NCBI GenBank assembly: GCA_963724765.1
Contig: CAVRVY010000001.1
Location: forward strand, 992,001 to 1,056,000
Length of the DNA: 64,000 bases
Direction: 5' to 3'
From: an uncultured delta proteobacterium
Lineage (GTDB): Bacteria; Desulfobacterota; Binatia; Binatales; Binataceae
The notes under the pieces were generated by a model. The model had not been told where the DNA came from, did no database searches, and saw nothing but the letters and a program-made list of their open reading frames with translations. Below are positions 48,841-57,826 of the stretch, piece by piece. The first letter of the stretch is position 1; each line of letters starts with the position of its first letter. Position numbers and translations under genes: made by a program.

Positions 48841-48912
48841 GGAGAGCGCGCTAGGATTCGAACCTAGGTCTTCGCCGTGATCGCGACGCACTACGCTCTG
48901 TGCTACGCGCTC
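48841..48912 (-). ncRNA. Non-canonical tRNA-like RNA 2: shortened anticodon arm
   Basis: GAGCGCG/CGCGCTC-T-CC; D arm GCAC-AGAGCGTA-GTGC; TCGC[GATCACG]GCGA; variable loop AGAC; T arm CTAGG-TTCGAAT-CCTAG. Confidence 0.75.
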
Positions 48913-49330
48913 TCTATTCGCACAATGCTTGGGACTTGGATCAGATAGATTAAACCTCTATTCCAGGCACAACTTGGCGTCTTCGAACATCCAAGGCCGC
49001 TCCTGACATGGATTAAACCGGAGGCATCGCTAAGAAGTTCCATAAGCGCCTAATCTTCCCTAAAGTTGCCGTGTGGGTTGTACAAAAACTTGTACCCAAA
49101 CACTTCGATTACCCCCCGCCATGCACCCCTGCGATGGTCCGTCCGCAAGCGGAATGCAACCGCTTACCTAAATGAGTTACTGCGAGATTTCGCAATCAAA
49201 TCAGGGAGTTATGCGGCAATTTGGTTCTCGTTTCGTGCATCGTTGGCCAGCGGAATCGCTTCGGAATAGCGATAGAAACTTGTCAAGATAGCGTCCAGGT
49301 AGCTGCGGCCGTAGTGTAAAGGATCGAAGG

Positions 49331-50227
49331 GTGATAGCAGTCGGCGAGCCGCTGCCCGGACCATTCATCGGTATCGACGTCGGCGAGAATTTTCTCGACC
49401 TCGCGATCGTCGATGCTCCGCCACGCACGCTGGTTTTTAAACGCGTCGGGCTCGACGGACTGAAAGAGCCTGTCTGCGACACGCTGGCAGAGAAAATCAA
49501 AGACGCGGCGCCGGGAATCGATGCGCGCGCGATAGCACTGGTCGACTCGCCGCGATGGCCGCGCGATCTCGATTGGTCGCGCGGAACGCACAAGCGCGAT
49601 CCTGCGCCGCGCGGACGCGAGGTCGACGCCGTCCTGCGGCAAATCTATCGCACGTTAGTGGCTGTGCCCGCCGGCGAAACTCGGATGCCGGGGCTCTCGA
49701 TGTTCCCGACGCCGCGATATGACTACTTCGCGCGATGGGCGCGCGATCCACGATGCAAGCCGCATCTGAGCGCGATCGCGGCCGAACTGTTCGGCGGGCT
49801 TTTAGATGATGATCGTGATGCGGGCGGTCCGACGCAGAGCGGTGGCGGAACTTTCACTCGCTTCATGCTGGCCGGGTTCGGAACCTATCGCGCGCTGGAG
49901 CGGCTCGGCGTGCCCGTCTTCGAGTCCTATCCCGACCTGCAGTTGCGCCTTTCGTCTCCATCGACCTCGCTTCCGCCCAAAAAGCAGCACGCGAAAGCGT
50001 TGGCCGTGCGCCGTGATATCGTCGCGTCGCTCGCGGCAGGGCTTGGGCTTCGCGACGCGCCCATGCCGAAAACTGTTGACCAGGCTGACGCCGCGGCGCT
50101 GGCGCTCGCGGCCGCCTCCTCGGCGCTCGGCGATACATTGTGGGTGGTTCGCCATCCATGCGAGGGACGTTTCATGCTCGCGCTCGACGCTCGCCAGGCG
50201 CGCTGCCTCGGCATAGGAGGCGCTTGA
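49331..50227 (+). CDS. DUF429-like predicted nuclease (RNase H-like fold)
   Basis: FIGIDVG, LVDSP, REVD, FESYP and DQADAAALA pattern. Confidence 0.65.
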   Translation: MIAVGEPLPGPFIGIDVGENFLDLAIVDAPPRTLVFKRVGLDGLKEPVCDTLAEKIKDAAPGIDARAIALVDSPRWPRDLDWSRGTHKRDPAPRGREVDAVLRQIYRTLVAVPAGETRMPGLSMFPTPRYDYFARWARDPRCKPHLSAIAAELFGGLLDDDRDAGGPTQSGGGTFTRFMLAGFGTYRALERLGVPVFESYPDLQLRLSSPSTSLPPKKQHAKALAVRRDIVASLAAGLGLRDAPMPKTVDQADAAALALAAASSALGDTLWVVRHPCEGRFMLALDARQARCLGIGGA

Positions 50228-50291
50228 CAAGCGTTGATTCAACACGGGTCAAAGTTGCTTGGCGGACCCGGGCGCGCAAACATAGATCTCG

Positions 50292-50978
50292 ATGTCATCA
50301 CAGCGCGAATTCAAGGCCGTATTCTTCGATCTCGATGGAACCCTGGTCGATATCCATGGTCCGCTCTATACCGCCGTGCGCAGCGCGCTCGACGACCTCG
50401 GCCACGCCCCGCCACTGACCCGCGAGCACTACCATCAGGCGCTCGCGCAGGACGATCCGTACCTCGGCCTGCCCGAGGACAAGCGCGCCGAGTACACCAA
50501 GCTGGCGTTCGCCTATTTTCTCGCCGAGATCGACCGCACCGAGCGGCTTGAACTGCTGCCCCACGCGCAGGAGACGCTGGCCGAGCTCAAGCGGCGCGGC
50601 TACGCGACCGCGATTATCACCAGCCGTCCCGGCGACTCGCAGCGGTTGGTTCAGAAACTTGCGATGGTCGGGCTGGCGTCTTACTTCGACCAGGTGATCA
50701 CGCAAACCGGCACCACGATGCGCATCCTCGACAAGACGCATAGCCTCAAGCAGGCCGCGATGCGCGCCGCTATGTTGCCGCAGGCCTGCATGTACGTCGG
50801 TGACGAGCCGCGCGACGTGATGGCCGCGATGAATGCGGGCTACGGCGCGTCGGTTGCGGTCGCCACCGGGCCCGCCAGCTATCGCATGCTCAGCAACCAT
50901 CCGCAGTACCGCGCCGATTTCGTGATGCGCTCGATGGGCGAACTGATCGGATTGCTGGACCGGCTCAAGACCGCTTAG
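50292..50978 (+). CDS. HAD family phosphatase
   Basis: FFDLDGTLVD, ITS and YVGD..RD motifs. Confidence 0.9.
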   Translation: MSSQREFKAVFFDLDGTLVDIHGPLYTAVRSALDDLGHAPPLTREHYHQALAQDDPYLGLPEDKRAEYTKLAFAYFLAEIDRTERLELLPHAQETLAELKRRGYATAIITSRPGDSQRLVQKLAMVGLASYFDQVITQTGTTMRILDKTHSLKQAAMRAAMLPQACMYVGDEPRDVMAAMNAGYGASVAVATGPASYRMLSNHPQYRADFVMRSMGELIGLLDRLKTA

Positions 50979-50994
50979 CGTTGAGACGGCGCAC

Positions 50995-51774
50995 TCAAAG
51001 AAAGCTCAGGTGCGGCGGGGCCGCGGCGAATTCGGCGCGCAGCGCTTCGAGACTCTTCAGATCGTCGACGGTGCGAAAAAGTCCGCGATGTACGTAACCA
51101 AACATCGCCTGTCCCCGCTCTAGCAACGGGGCGAACAGGTCGCCCATCAGGCTGAACGGTGGCGGCGTGGGCGGCATCAGCTCGAACAGCGCCGGCTCGC
51201 ATAGCAAAACGCCGCAATACATGAAGGCCTCGAGGCGCGCCTCGTCGGCCGCGTCAAGCGCAGGTCCGTAGTCGTCGAATTCGACCGGCGCACGGCGCCC
51301 CAGCAAGCGCATTCGACGCACTCGCGCCTGCGGGTCGATTTCGATTCGGCTGTAGCTCCGGGGCGTATCGCTTTCGCGCAGCACCAGCGTCGCGAGACCG
51401 CCGCGGCGGCGATGGAAGTCCGCGAGCGCATGCAGATCGAGATCGATTATCGTGTCGCAGTTGAGGATCGCGAAGGTCTCGCGGCCGAAAAGTTCGCGCA
51501 GGCCCACCAGTGGGCCGCCGGTTCCCAACAGCGCCGTCTCGGGCGCATAGGTTATTCGCAGGCCTATCGCGTCGCCGCCTCCGAGCGCGGTCTGCACGGC
51601 GGCTGCCAGGTGATGGACGTTGATGACGACCTCGGTCACGCCGGCGCGCGCCAGCATCCGCAGCGGATAGTGAATCAGCGGACGCCCGCCGACCTCGACG
51701 ATCGGTTTGGGCACGGTCGCTGTGAGCGGCATCAGCCGCTCACCCTTGCCCGCCGATAACACCAGCGCCTTCAT
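50995..51774 (-). CDS. murU: Nucleotidyltransferase, MurU-like
   Basis: LSAGKGERLMPLT..PKP, NVHHL, LGTGG and NCD motifs; downstream of an amgK-like gene. Confidence 0.75.
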   Translation of the reverse strand: MKALVLSAGKGERLMPLTATVPKPIVEVGGRPLIHYPLRMLARAGVTEVVINVHHLAAAVQTALGGGDAIGLRITYAPETALLGTGGPLVGLRELFGRETFAILNCDTIIDLDLHALADFHRRRGGLATLVLRESDTPRSYSRIEIDPQARVRRMRLLGRRAPVEFDDYGPALDAADEARLEAFMYCGVLLCEPALFELMPPTPPPFSLMGDLFAPLLERGQAMFGYVHRGLFRTVDDLKSLEALRAEFAAAPPHLSFL

Positions 51775-51825
51775 CGGTCCGTTGTTGCCTCTCGCACGAC
51801 CTCGCGCATTGCCTCGCTCGCGGCG

Positions 51826-52965
51826 TCAACCCACGTCGAAGGCCGCGCGCAATCGGGGAAAGTCGTTTTTCGCCGGGGGCCTTGCCAGCAGCGTCAGTAT
51901 CCTGCGCGCCTGCGCTGCCGCATGCGGAATAAATGCCGCGTAGCCCGGCTTGCCCTGGCGCTCGAGCGCGTTGAAGCGTCCGATAACCTTGAGCGCGTGT
52001 TGCAGCACGCACAGATGATAGCTGTTGATGAACTCGTCAGCATCGGGGCAGGGCGCGCCGCGGCGCGCGAGACCCGCAATGTAATAGTCGAGCAGCCGGC
52101 GCTCCGTTTCGGGACCGATTACGCGGCCGGTGTCGCGGGTGGTGAGCAGCACGGCGAGGTCCTGCGCGGCGGGCGCGAGCAGCGCATCCTGAAAATCAAT
52201 CACCCGGATGCGTACCCGGACGCCGTCGTTTTGCGCGAAAAGATTGTGGCCGTGGTAGTCGCGATGCGACAGCACGCGCGCAAGAGCGCCGAGCCGCGCC
52301 GCGAGGTCGTCAAGCTCTGGGGCGAGCGCGCTGAGATTGGTGCCGGGTGCGACGCTCGCCGATCCCGTCACGATAAAATCCTCCATCTCCCATCGGAATA
52401 GCCGCTCGTCGTATGCGATCGACGCGGCGATACATCCGTGGCCGAGCCGCCGCGTGCCTTCAACATGAATCAGCAGAAGTTCGTCCACGGCGCTGCGATA
52501 AAGCGCCGCCGGCTTGGCGACGCCGTCAAGCGCAGCCTGGAACAATGAGGTCTCGCCGACGTCCTCGACCAGCAGCATCCGATGCTCTGGGTCCGCGACG
52601 TAAATTTCGGGTACGGCCGCGCCGATCGAATTGAGGAAGCGCTGCACGTTCAGGAAGGGCGGTTCGGCCGGCGGAGCGGACACCAGATTCAAGGCGCGCA
52701 CGTAAGCGGGCAGGTCGTCGGGGCCGAGGTCGATAGCGATCGCGGCGGCGGGCTGGCTCGTCTTTGATGCGGACGCGGTCGCGCTGGACGCGTCGCCATA
52801 AGGCGGCGCGTCCAGCGCGACCCGCCAGAAGCGGCGGTTCGACGCGTCGCCCTTGAGCATTACGACGCTTGCGGCGCGCGCGCCGGGCCATCGGTCCGCA
52901 AGCGCGCCGTCGAGCCATCGCGCGAGCGTTGACGCGAGCTTTGAATCGACGTCCCTGGAAGACAC
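51826..52965 (-). CDS. amgK: Anomeric MurNAc/GlcNAc kinase, AmgK-like (APH family)
   Basis: GDASNRRFWR, EDVG, HRDYHGHN, IDFQDA and LKVIGRF motifs. Confidence 0.8.
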   Translation of the reverse strand: MSSRDVDSKLASTLARWLDGALADRWPGARAASVVMLKGDASNRRFWRVALDAPPYGDASSATASASKTSQPAAAIAIDLGPDDLPAYVRALNLVSAPPAEPPFLNVQRFLNSIGAAVPEIYVADPEHRMLLVEDVGETSLFQAALDGVAKPAALYRSAVDELLLIHVEGTRRLGHGCIAASIAYDERLFRWEMEDFIVTGSASVAPGTNLSALAPELDDLAARLGALARVLSHRDYHGHNLFAQNDGVRVRIRVIDFQDALLAPAAQDLAVLLTTRDTGRVIGPETERRLLDYYIAGLARRGAPCPDADEFINSYHLCVLQHALKVIGRFNALERQGKPGYAAFIPHAAAQARRILTLLARPPAKNDFPRLRAAFDVG

Positions 52966-53081
52966 GACGCGATCTTAGCCGCTGCACGCGGCGGCGGCCA
53001 TGCGTGCGGGCCAAAGCCCCCGTACGCATGGCCGCCGCCACGCAGCTCATGCATCGCGCTGGCGCGGCGGGCGCGTTTGCG

Positions 53082-55217
53082 CTACGAGTCCGACCGCGCC
53101 GCGCCGCCGTCAAGGCTCATCAGCTCTTCGTACAGCCGTTCGATTTCGCCGCCGAGCCGCTCGTAGGCAGCGATGAGTTCTTTGGCGTCGGTGCGTTTCA
53201 GGTAGAAGTTGGGGTCGTTCATCTGCTCGCCGAGCGCGGCGCGCTCGGTTTCCTTGCGCCCGATATCGCCCTCGAGCGTCTGGCGCCGGCGGGCGCGCCG
53301 CTCGCGCTCGCGGCGCTCCCTGATGTCGTTGTCGTGCGCGGTGGCGCCGTCCGCCCCGGCTTTGCCGGGAGCGGACGGCGCTGCTGCGTGCGGATTGCCT
53401 GGGCGTCCGCCGTTGCCGGCGGACGCGCCGTTGCCGGAACGTCCGCCGTTGCCGGAACGTCCGCCGTTGCCGGAACGTCCGCCGTTGCCGGAACGTCCGC
53501 CGTTGCCCGAGCGTGCGCCGGGGTGCGCGCCGCCTTCGGCGGCCCGCTCCGCGGCTGCCGCCGACGCTGCGGCACGGGCCGCGGCGCCATTGGCCGCGGT
53601 GGCGGCGGACTCGGCCGCCGCCTTCTTGGCCAGGTAGTAGTCGTAATTGCCGAGGTAGCGCGTCGCGTGGCCCTGGCCGACCTCGATAACCTCGGTCGCC
53701 AGTTCGTTGAGCAGGTAGCGGTCGTGACTGACGATCACCACGGTGCCCGGAAAACGGCGCAGCGCTTCGAGCAGCGTGTCTTTGGCCACGATGTCGAGGT
53801 TGTTGGTCGGTTCGTCGAGGAGCAGGCAGTTGTTGCGATGCGCCAGCACTTTGGCGAGCGCGAGCCGCGCGCGTTCACCGCCCGAGAGCACGCCCGCGAG
53901 CTTCAGCGCGTCGTCGCCCGAAAAGAGCATCGCGCCGAGCAGGCCGCGAATTTCGCCGGTCGACATCCCCTCCGCCGCGTCGCTCAGCTCTTTGAGCGCG
54001 GTCTTGCTGTAATCGAGCGACTCGGCGAGGTTCTGCGCGAAGTAACCGATCTCGACTCCCGCGCCAACGGTGCGCTCGCCGGCGGTCATCGGTTCGATCC
54101 CCGCCAGCAGCTTCATCATCGTGGACTTGCCCGCGCCGTTGGGTCCGACCAGCGCGATTCGTGCGCCGCGCTCGATCGTCAGATCGACGCCGTCGTAAAC
54201 GGTGATGTCGCCGTAGCGTTTGACCGCGCCGCGCAGCTCGAACACCCGGCGACCGCCGCGCTCGCATTGGGGGAAACGGATCGCAGGTGGGTTTTCACTG
54301 CCCGCGGGCGGCTCCAGCCGTTCAATTTTCTCGAGCTGCTTTATCCGGCTTTGGACCAGCTTGGCCTTGCTTGCCTGGTAGCGGAAGCGGCTGATGAAGG
54401 CTTCCATGTGCTCGATCTCGGCGCGCTGGTTCTCGTAGGCCGCCTGCTCCAGCTCGCGGCGCTGCTCGCGCTCGACCAGGTAGGCCGTGTAGCCGCCCCG
54501 GTATTCGACCAACCGGCCGCGTGAGACCTCGACCGTGCGGTCGGTCACGCGATCGAGAAAGTAGCGGTCGTGCGAGACCAGAATTATTCCGCCCGGATAG
54601 TTTGCCAGGTAATCCTCGAGCCAGTTGCGCGCCTCGAGGTCGAGATGGTTGGTCGGTTCGTCGAGCATCAGGAATTCCGGCCGGCGCACCAACAGCTTGG
54701 CCAGCGCGATACGCATCCGGATGCCGCCGGAAAACTCGGCGACGTCGCGCGCGAGGTCGGCCTCGCTGAAGCCCAGCCCGAACAGCACCGCCTTGGCGCG
54801 GCTGTCGGCCTCGTAGAAGCCGTGGCGCTCCAGTTCGCTCAGTACGTCACCGAGTTCGGTCAGTGCGGCGTCGTGCTCGGGGCCTCTATGATGCTTGGCG
54901 AGCACCTCTTCGAGCTCGACCCGGCGGCGGTCATGCGTTTGCATTTCGCTCAGCGCAGAGAGCGTTTCCTCTAGCACCGGCCGGCCGCTCATCTCGGGTG
55001 CGTCCTGGGGCAGATAGCCGACAGAAGAGCGCTGGGGACGCGCGATCCGGCCGGAGTCGGGCGTGATGACTTCGGCGATCATGCGCAGCAAAGTGGTCTT
55101 GCCGGCGCCGTTGAGGCCGACCAGACCGACCCGTGCGTCGTCGGCCATCGCCCAGCTCACGCTGTCGAAGATCGTGCGTCCACCGTAGAACTTTGAGACT
55201 TTATCGAGCGCTAGCAT
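53082..55217 (-). CDS. ABC-F family ATPase with repeat-expanded linker
   Basis: Two NBDs (GLNGAGKT / GPNGAGKS, SGG, LDEPTN, SHDR), no TM segments, C-terminal coiled coil. Confidence 0.95.
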   Translation of the reverse strand: MLALDKVSKFYGGRTIFDSVSWAMADDARVGLVGLNGAGKTTLLRMIAEVITPDSGRIARPQRSSVGYLPQDAPEMSGRPVLEETLSALSEMQTHDRRRVELEEVLAKHHRGPEHDAALTELGDVLSELERHGFYEADSRAKAVLFGLGFSEADLARDVAEFSGGIRMRIALAKLLVRRPEFLMLDEPTNHLDLEARNWLEDYLANYPGGIILVSHDRYFLDRVTDRTVEVSRGRLVEYRGGYTAYLVEREQRRELEQAAYENQRAEIEHMEAFISRFRYQASKAKLVQSRIKQLEKIERLEPPAGSENPPAIRFPQCERGGRRVFELRGAVKRYGDITVYDGVDLTIERGARIALVGPNGAGKSTMMKLLAGIEPMTAGERTVGAGVEIGYFAQNLAESLDYSKTALKELSDAAEGMSTGEIRGLLGAMLFSGDDALKLAGVLSGGERARLALAKVLAHRNNCLLLDEPTNNLDIVAKDTLLEALRRFPGTVVIVSHDRYLLNELATEVIEVGQGHATRYLGNYDYYLAKKAAAESAATAANGAAARAAASAAAAERAAEGGAHPGARSGNGGRSGNGGRSGNGGRSGNGGRSGNGASAGNGGRPGNPHAAAPSAPGKAGADGATAHDNDIRERRERERRARRRQTLEGDIGRKETERAALGEQMNDPNFYLKRTDAKELIAAYERLGGEIERLYEELMSLDGGAARSDS
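53409..53516. repeat. 18-bp coding VNTR (GCCGTTGCCGGAACGTCC; encodes SGNGGR)
   Basis: Four perfect copies at 53427-53498 plus a degenerate copy on each side. Confidence 0.95.
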
Positions 55218-55614
55218 CCGGGCAAATTCAGGCTATTCCAGAAAATTCGGTTAATTCCGTAAAGGGCGCGGGGAGCGTGCAGCGCGTCTTCCGGGAAGGC
55301 ACGCGGCGCGTATCCCGATGTGCCGGCCGCGCCGCCTCGGGCACCCACCGCGGGCTCGCCTAAGCCCATCATTGTAGCCGTATCGGCGGGCGTGCAAAAG
55401 CCGCGGGCTGCGATCGGGGCCATCTTAGTTCTTGCTTAACTCTCGGTGCTTACTTAACTCTCGCGTAACGCTTGTCCGGCGGGCCGAAGTCCACGCTGCG
55501 TGCATCGGACGCCGGGGTATGGACGGGACATGGCACAATCCGTTTAATGGTGGGTAAAGTCTGATGGGGAGAGCCCGGACCGGCGCGGCCGTCCGGCGAC
55601 AACGGAGAGACGAT

Positions 55615-55959
55615 ATGCCCGCAATCCGGGACGGCGACCACATCCTCGTAATCGATCGCAAGCTTTTTCACGACGACAACACGCGCTTCTTCGTCGGCGT
55701 GGTCGAAGAGTACGATGACCGAGTGATACGCCTGCGCGGCTTTCCGTTCCATCTGAGTCCCTACGAGGTCACCGGCGTGGAGCGCCATGGCGAGCAGCGA
55801 GTAAGAGTGCTCTCGATGTCTGGCGACATATTGCTCTACATGCTTCCGCGCGAGACCGAGCTCGACAAGATGCAGTTGCGCCGCTCGCCCAAGTCGCTCC
55901 AGATGACGGACGGCGGCGCGGTGACGATCGATCTCAGCGAATGGCTGATGCGCGCTTAA
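55615..55959 (+). CDS. Hypothetical protein
   Basis: SD ggaga; beta-rich 114 aa (ILVIDRKLF...RFFVGVVE). Confidence 0.7.
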   Translation: MPAIRDGDHILVIDRKLFHDDNTRFFVGVVEEYDDRVIRLRGFPFHLSPYEVTGVERHGEQRVRVLSMSGDILLYMLPRETELDKMQLRRSPKSLQMTDGGAVTIDLSEWLMRA

Positions 55960-56408
55960 GGTTCGCGGCCGCGCTTGCCGGGCTGCTGCTGGTCGCGATA
56001 GGGCCGTCGCCGGCCTTAGCCCAGTCGCAACAGAATCAGGATCTGTCACAAGAACCGATGCCCGCGCCCGGGGCCATGCAGACGCCGGCAGCGATGCCCG
56101 GACATAGCTTCAACCACGTCGACCTTCCGCAACCGCCCTTGATCACGATGACTGCCGTGCCCGGCTACGGCCCCGCGCCGCTCACGGTCGGATTCTTCGT
56201 CAATACGGTCGACCCCGAGGGCAAGGGCTTCGTCTCGTACGTGTGGAATTTTGGCGACGGGCAGGTCTCGATGGATCCGCCACTGAGTTTTTTCCACACT
56301 TACACAACCGCAGGCACCTACGTCGCGACGGTCAACGCGACCACCGCGGACGGCCGCACTGCTACCACCTATGTCGGAATCACGGTGCGTCCGGGCGTCC
56401 CCGATTAG
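55941..56408 (+). CDS. Secreted PKD-domain protein
   Basis: Signal peptide; GPAPLTV, SYVWNFGDG and HTYTTAGTY motifs. Confidence 0.85.
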   Translation: MADARLRFAAALAGLLLVAIGPSPALAQSQQNQDLSQEPMPAPGAMQTPAAMPGHSFNHVDLPQPPLITMTAVPGYGPAPLTVGFFVNTVDPEGKGFVSYVWNFGDGQVSMDPPLSFFHTYTTAGTYVATVNATTADGRTATTYVGITVRPGVPD

Positions 56409-56413
56409 GCGGC

Positions 56414-57097
56414 TCAGTCGCCCGGGTTGAGAATTTCGACCTTGCCGCTTTCCAGGTCGTAGCGGGCGCCGACGATTTTCAGGCTGCCATCGGCGACGCG
56501 TTTTTTGAACTGCGGCGAGCGCGCCAATGTCTTTACCTGGTCGATCACATTCAAATCGATCGCGCTCGATTCGAGATTGTCGCCGCCTTTCTTGCGCGCC
56601 TGCTCGACCGCCGGGCAGATGTTGGCGAAGATTTCGGGTAGTTTGGCCGCGGGCTTGCTGACGCACTCAGCGAGTGCGCCTTTGACCGCGCCGCAGCTCT
56701 GGTGACCCAGCACCATGATCAAATTCGTGCCCAGGTGATCGACCGCATAGTCGATACTTTCGAGGCCCGCGCGGGTGACCGTATTGCCTGCCAGGCGTAT
56801 CACGAAAAGATCGCCGAGCCCCTGGTCGAAAATAAGCTCCGGCGGCACCCGCGAATCCGAGCACGATAAGATCACCGCGAACGGCGCCTGGCCGGCGGCA
56901 AGTTCCTCGCGCCGTTTGGCGTGAAGATGAGGATGGCCGGTGGTGTCGCTCTGGAAGCGCTGGTTGCCCGCCATGAGTTGCGCGAGGGCCTGAGCCGGAG
57001 TCATCGCCGTAGCGCCCATGTCAGCGGCCGCCGAGACCGTGGAGAGTTGCCCGGTTCCAAAGATCCAAAGCGCGGTCGTCAAAACCGCAAACGTCAA
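56414..57097 (-). CDS. Beta-class carbonic anhydrase, secreted
   Basis: GNQRF, CSDSRV, DQGLGDLFVIRLAGN and GHQSCGAV motifs; see finding on the upstream in-frame TGA. Confidence 0.93.
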   Translation of the reverse strand: MTFAVLTTALWIFGTGQLSTVSAAADMGATAMTPAQALAQLMAGNQRFQSDTTGHPHLHAKRREELAAGQAPFAVILSCSDSRVPPELIFDQGLGDLFVIRLAGNTVTRAGLESIDYAVDHLGTNLIMVLGHQSCGAVKGALAECVSKPAAKLPEIFANICPAVEQARKKGGDNLESSAIDLNVIDQVKTLARSPQFKKRVADGSLKIVGARYDLESGKVEILNPGD

Positions 57098-57277
57098 TTG
57101 TATTCAACGCATCTCGGGTAAACGCATCTCGGGTTCCTCTTTTTTTGCACTCGCTCGTTCGCATGAAAACACGCTGCCTCCGTCTCAACGAACCGGGATT
57201 TTATCATCCTTGTTCGCCGATTGAAGGTGTACCGCGCGCGCATTGACAGCGGCGTATCGCTTGGCAACTAAGTAGAT

Positions 57278-57769
57278 ATGCGACGCGTGTGGATTTCCGC
57301 TTCAGCAGGATTGGCGATCGTGATCGCCCTGAGCGCGGCCGGATGCCTCTCCGAGGCGATCAAGCAAAACCAGCAACAACTCGATCAGCAGAAGATCGAA
57401 CTGGAGCAACTCAAGCAGCAGGTAGCGGATCTCAAGGCCGCCCAACAGCCCTCCTATCCGACCACCCCGCCGCCGCCCGGGTCGTGCGACAAGGCCGTGA
57501 TGCAAGTGGCGACCAAACACGGTGGTGAGCGGTTTGCGGCCAGCGAATTTGACAAGGCGCTCGGCTACTACCAGGATGCCGTCACCGCCTGCCCGACCAG
57601 CGCGCAGGCTCAGCTCAACGTGGCGCGCGCCTACGAGGCGCTAGGCGATCGCGACCAGGCGATAGGCTATTACAGGCGTGTCGTCCAGTCCGCGCCATCC
57701 GACCACGACGCCGACCCTGCCGTCTCCGAGCAGGCGCAACAGGCGCTGGCGCGGCTGGCTGCAAAGTAG
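57278..57769 (+). CDS. TPR lipoprotein
   Basis: Lipobox AAGC, coiled coil, TPR repeats. Confidence 0.8.
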   Translation: MRRVWISASAGLAIVIALSAAGCLSEAIKQNQQQLDQQKIELEQLKQQVADLKAAQQPSYPTTPPPPGSCDKAVMQVATKHGGERFAASEFDKALGYYQDAVTACPTSAQAQLNVARAYEALGDRDQAIGYYRRVVQSAPSDHDADPAVSEQAQQALARLAAK

Positions 57770-57826
57770 TGCCTGCGTGATGGAAGCGACTCGAACGACC
57801 GAACGCGTGTGAGGAGGGATGCTCCC

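Noticed and set aside
48841-48912. tRNA-Sec (selC)
   Set aside because: TCA is central, but there is no long variable arm, no extended D stem, no G73-CCA and no sel genes nearby.
48903-49043. 46-aa minus-strand ORF MELLSDASG...
   Set aside because: No recognisable features, and it runs into tRNA-like RNA 2; RNA structure is the simpler explanation.
53409-53516. CRISPR array
   Set aside because: Contiguous 18-bp units without spacers, in frame within ABC-F; no cas genes.
52869-54524. 551-aa plus-strand ORF with (AVAGTS)n
   Set aside because: Antisense of ABC-F; the repeat is the same VNTR.
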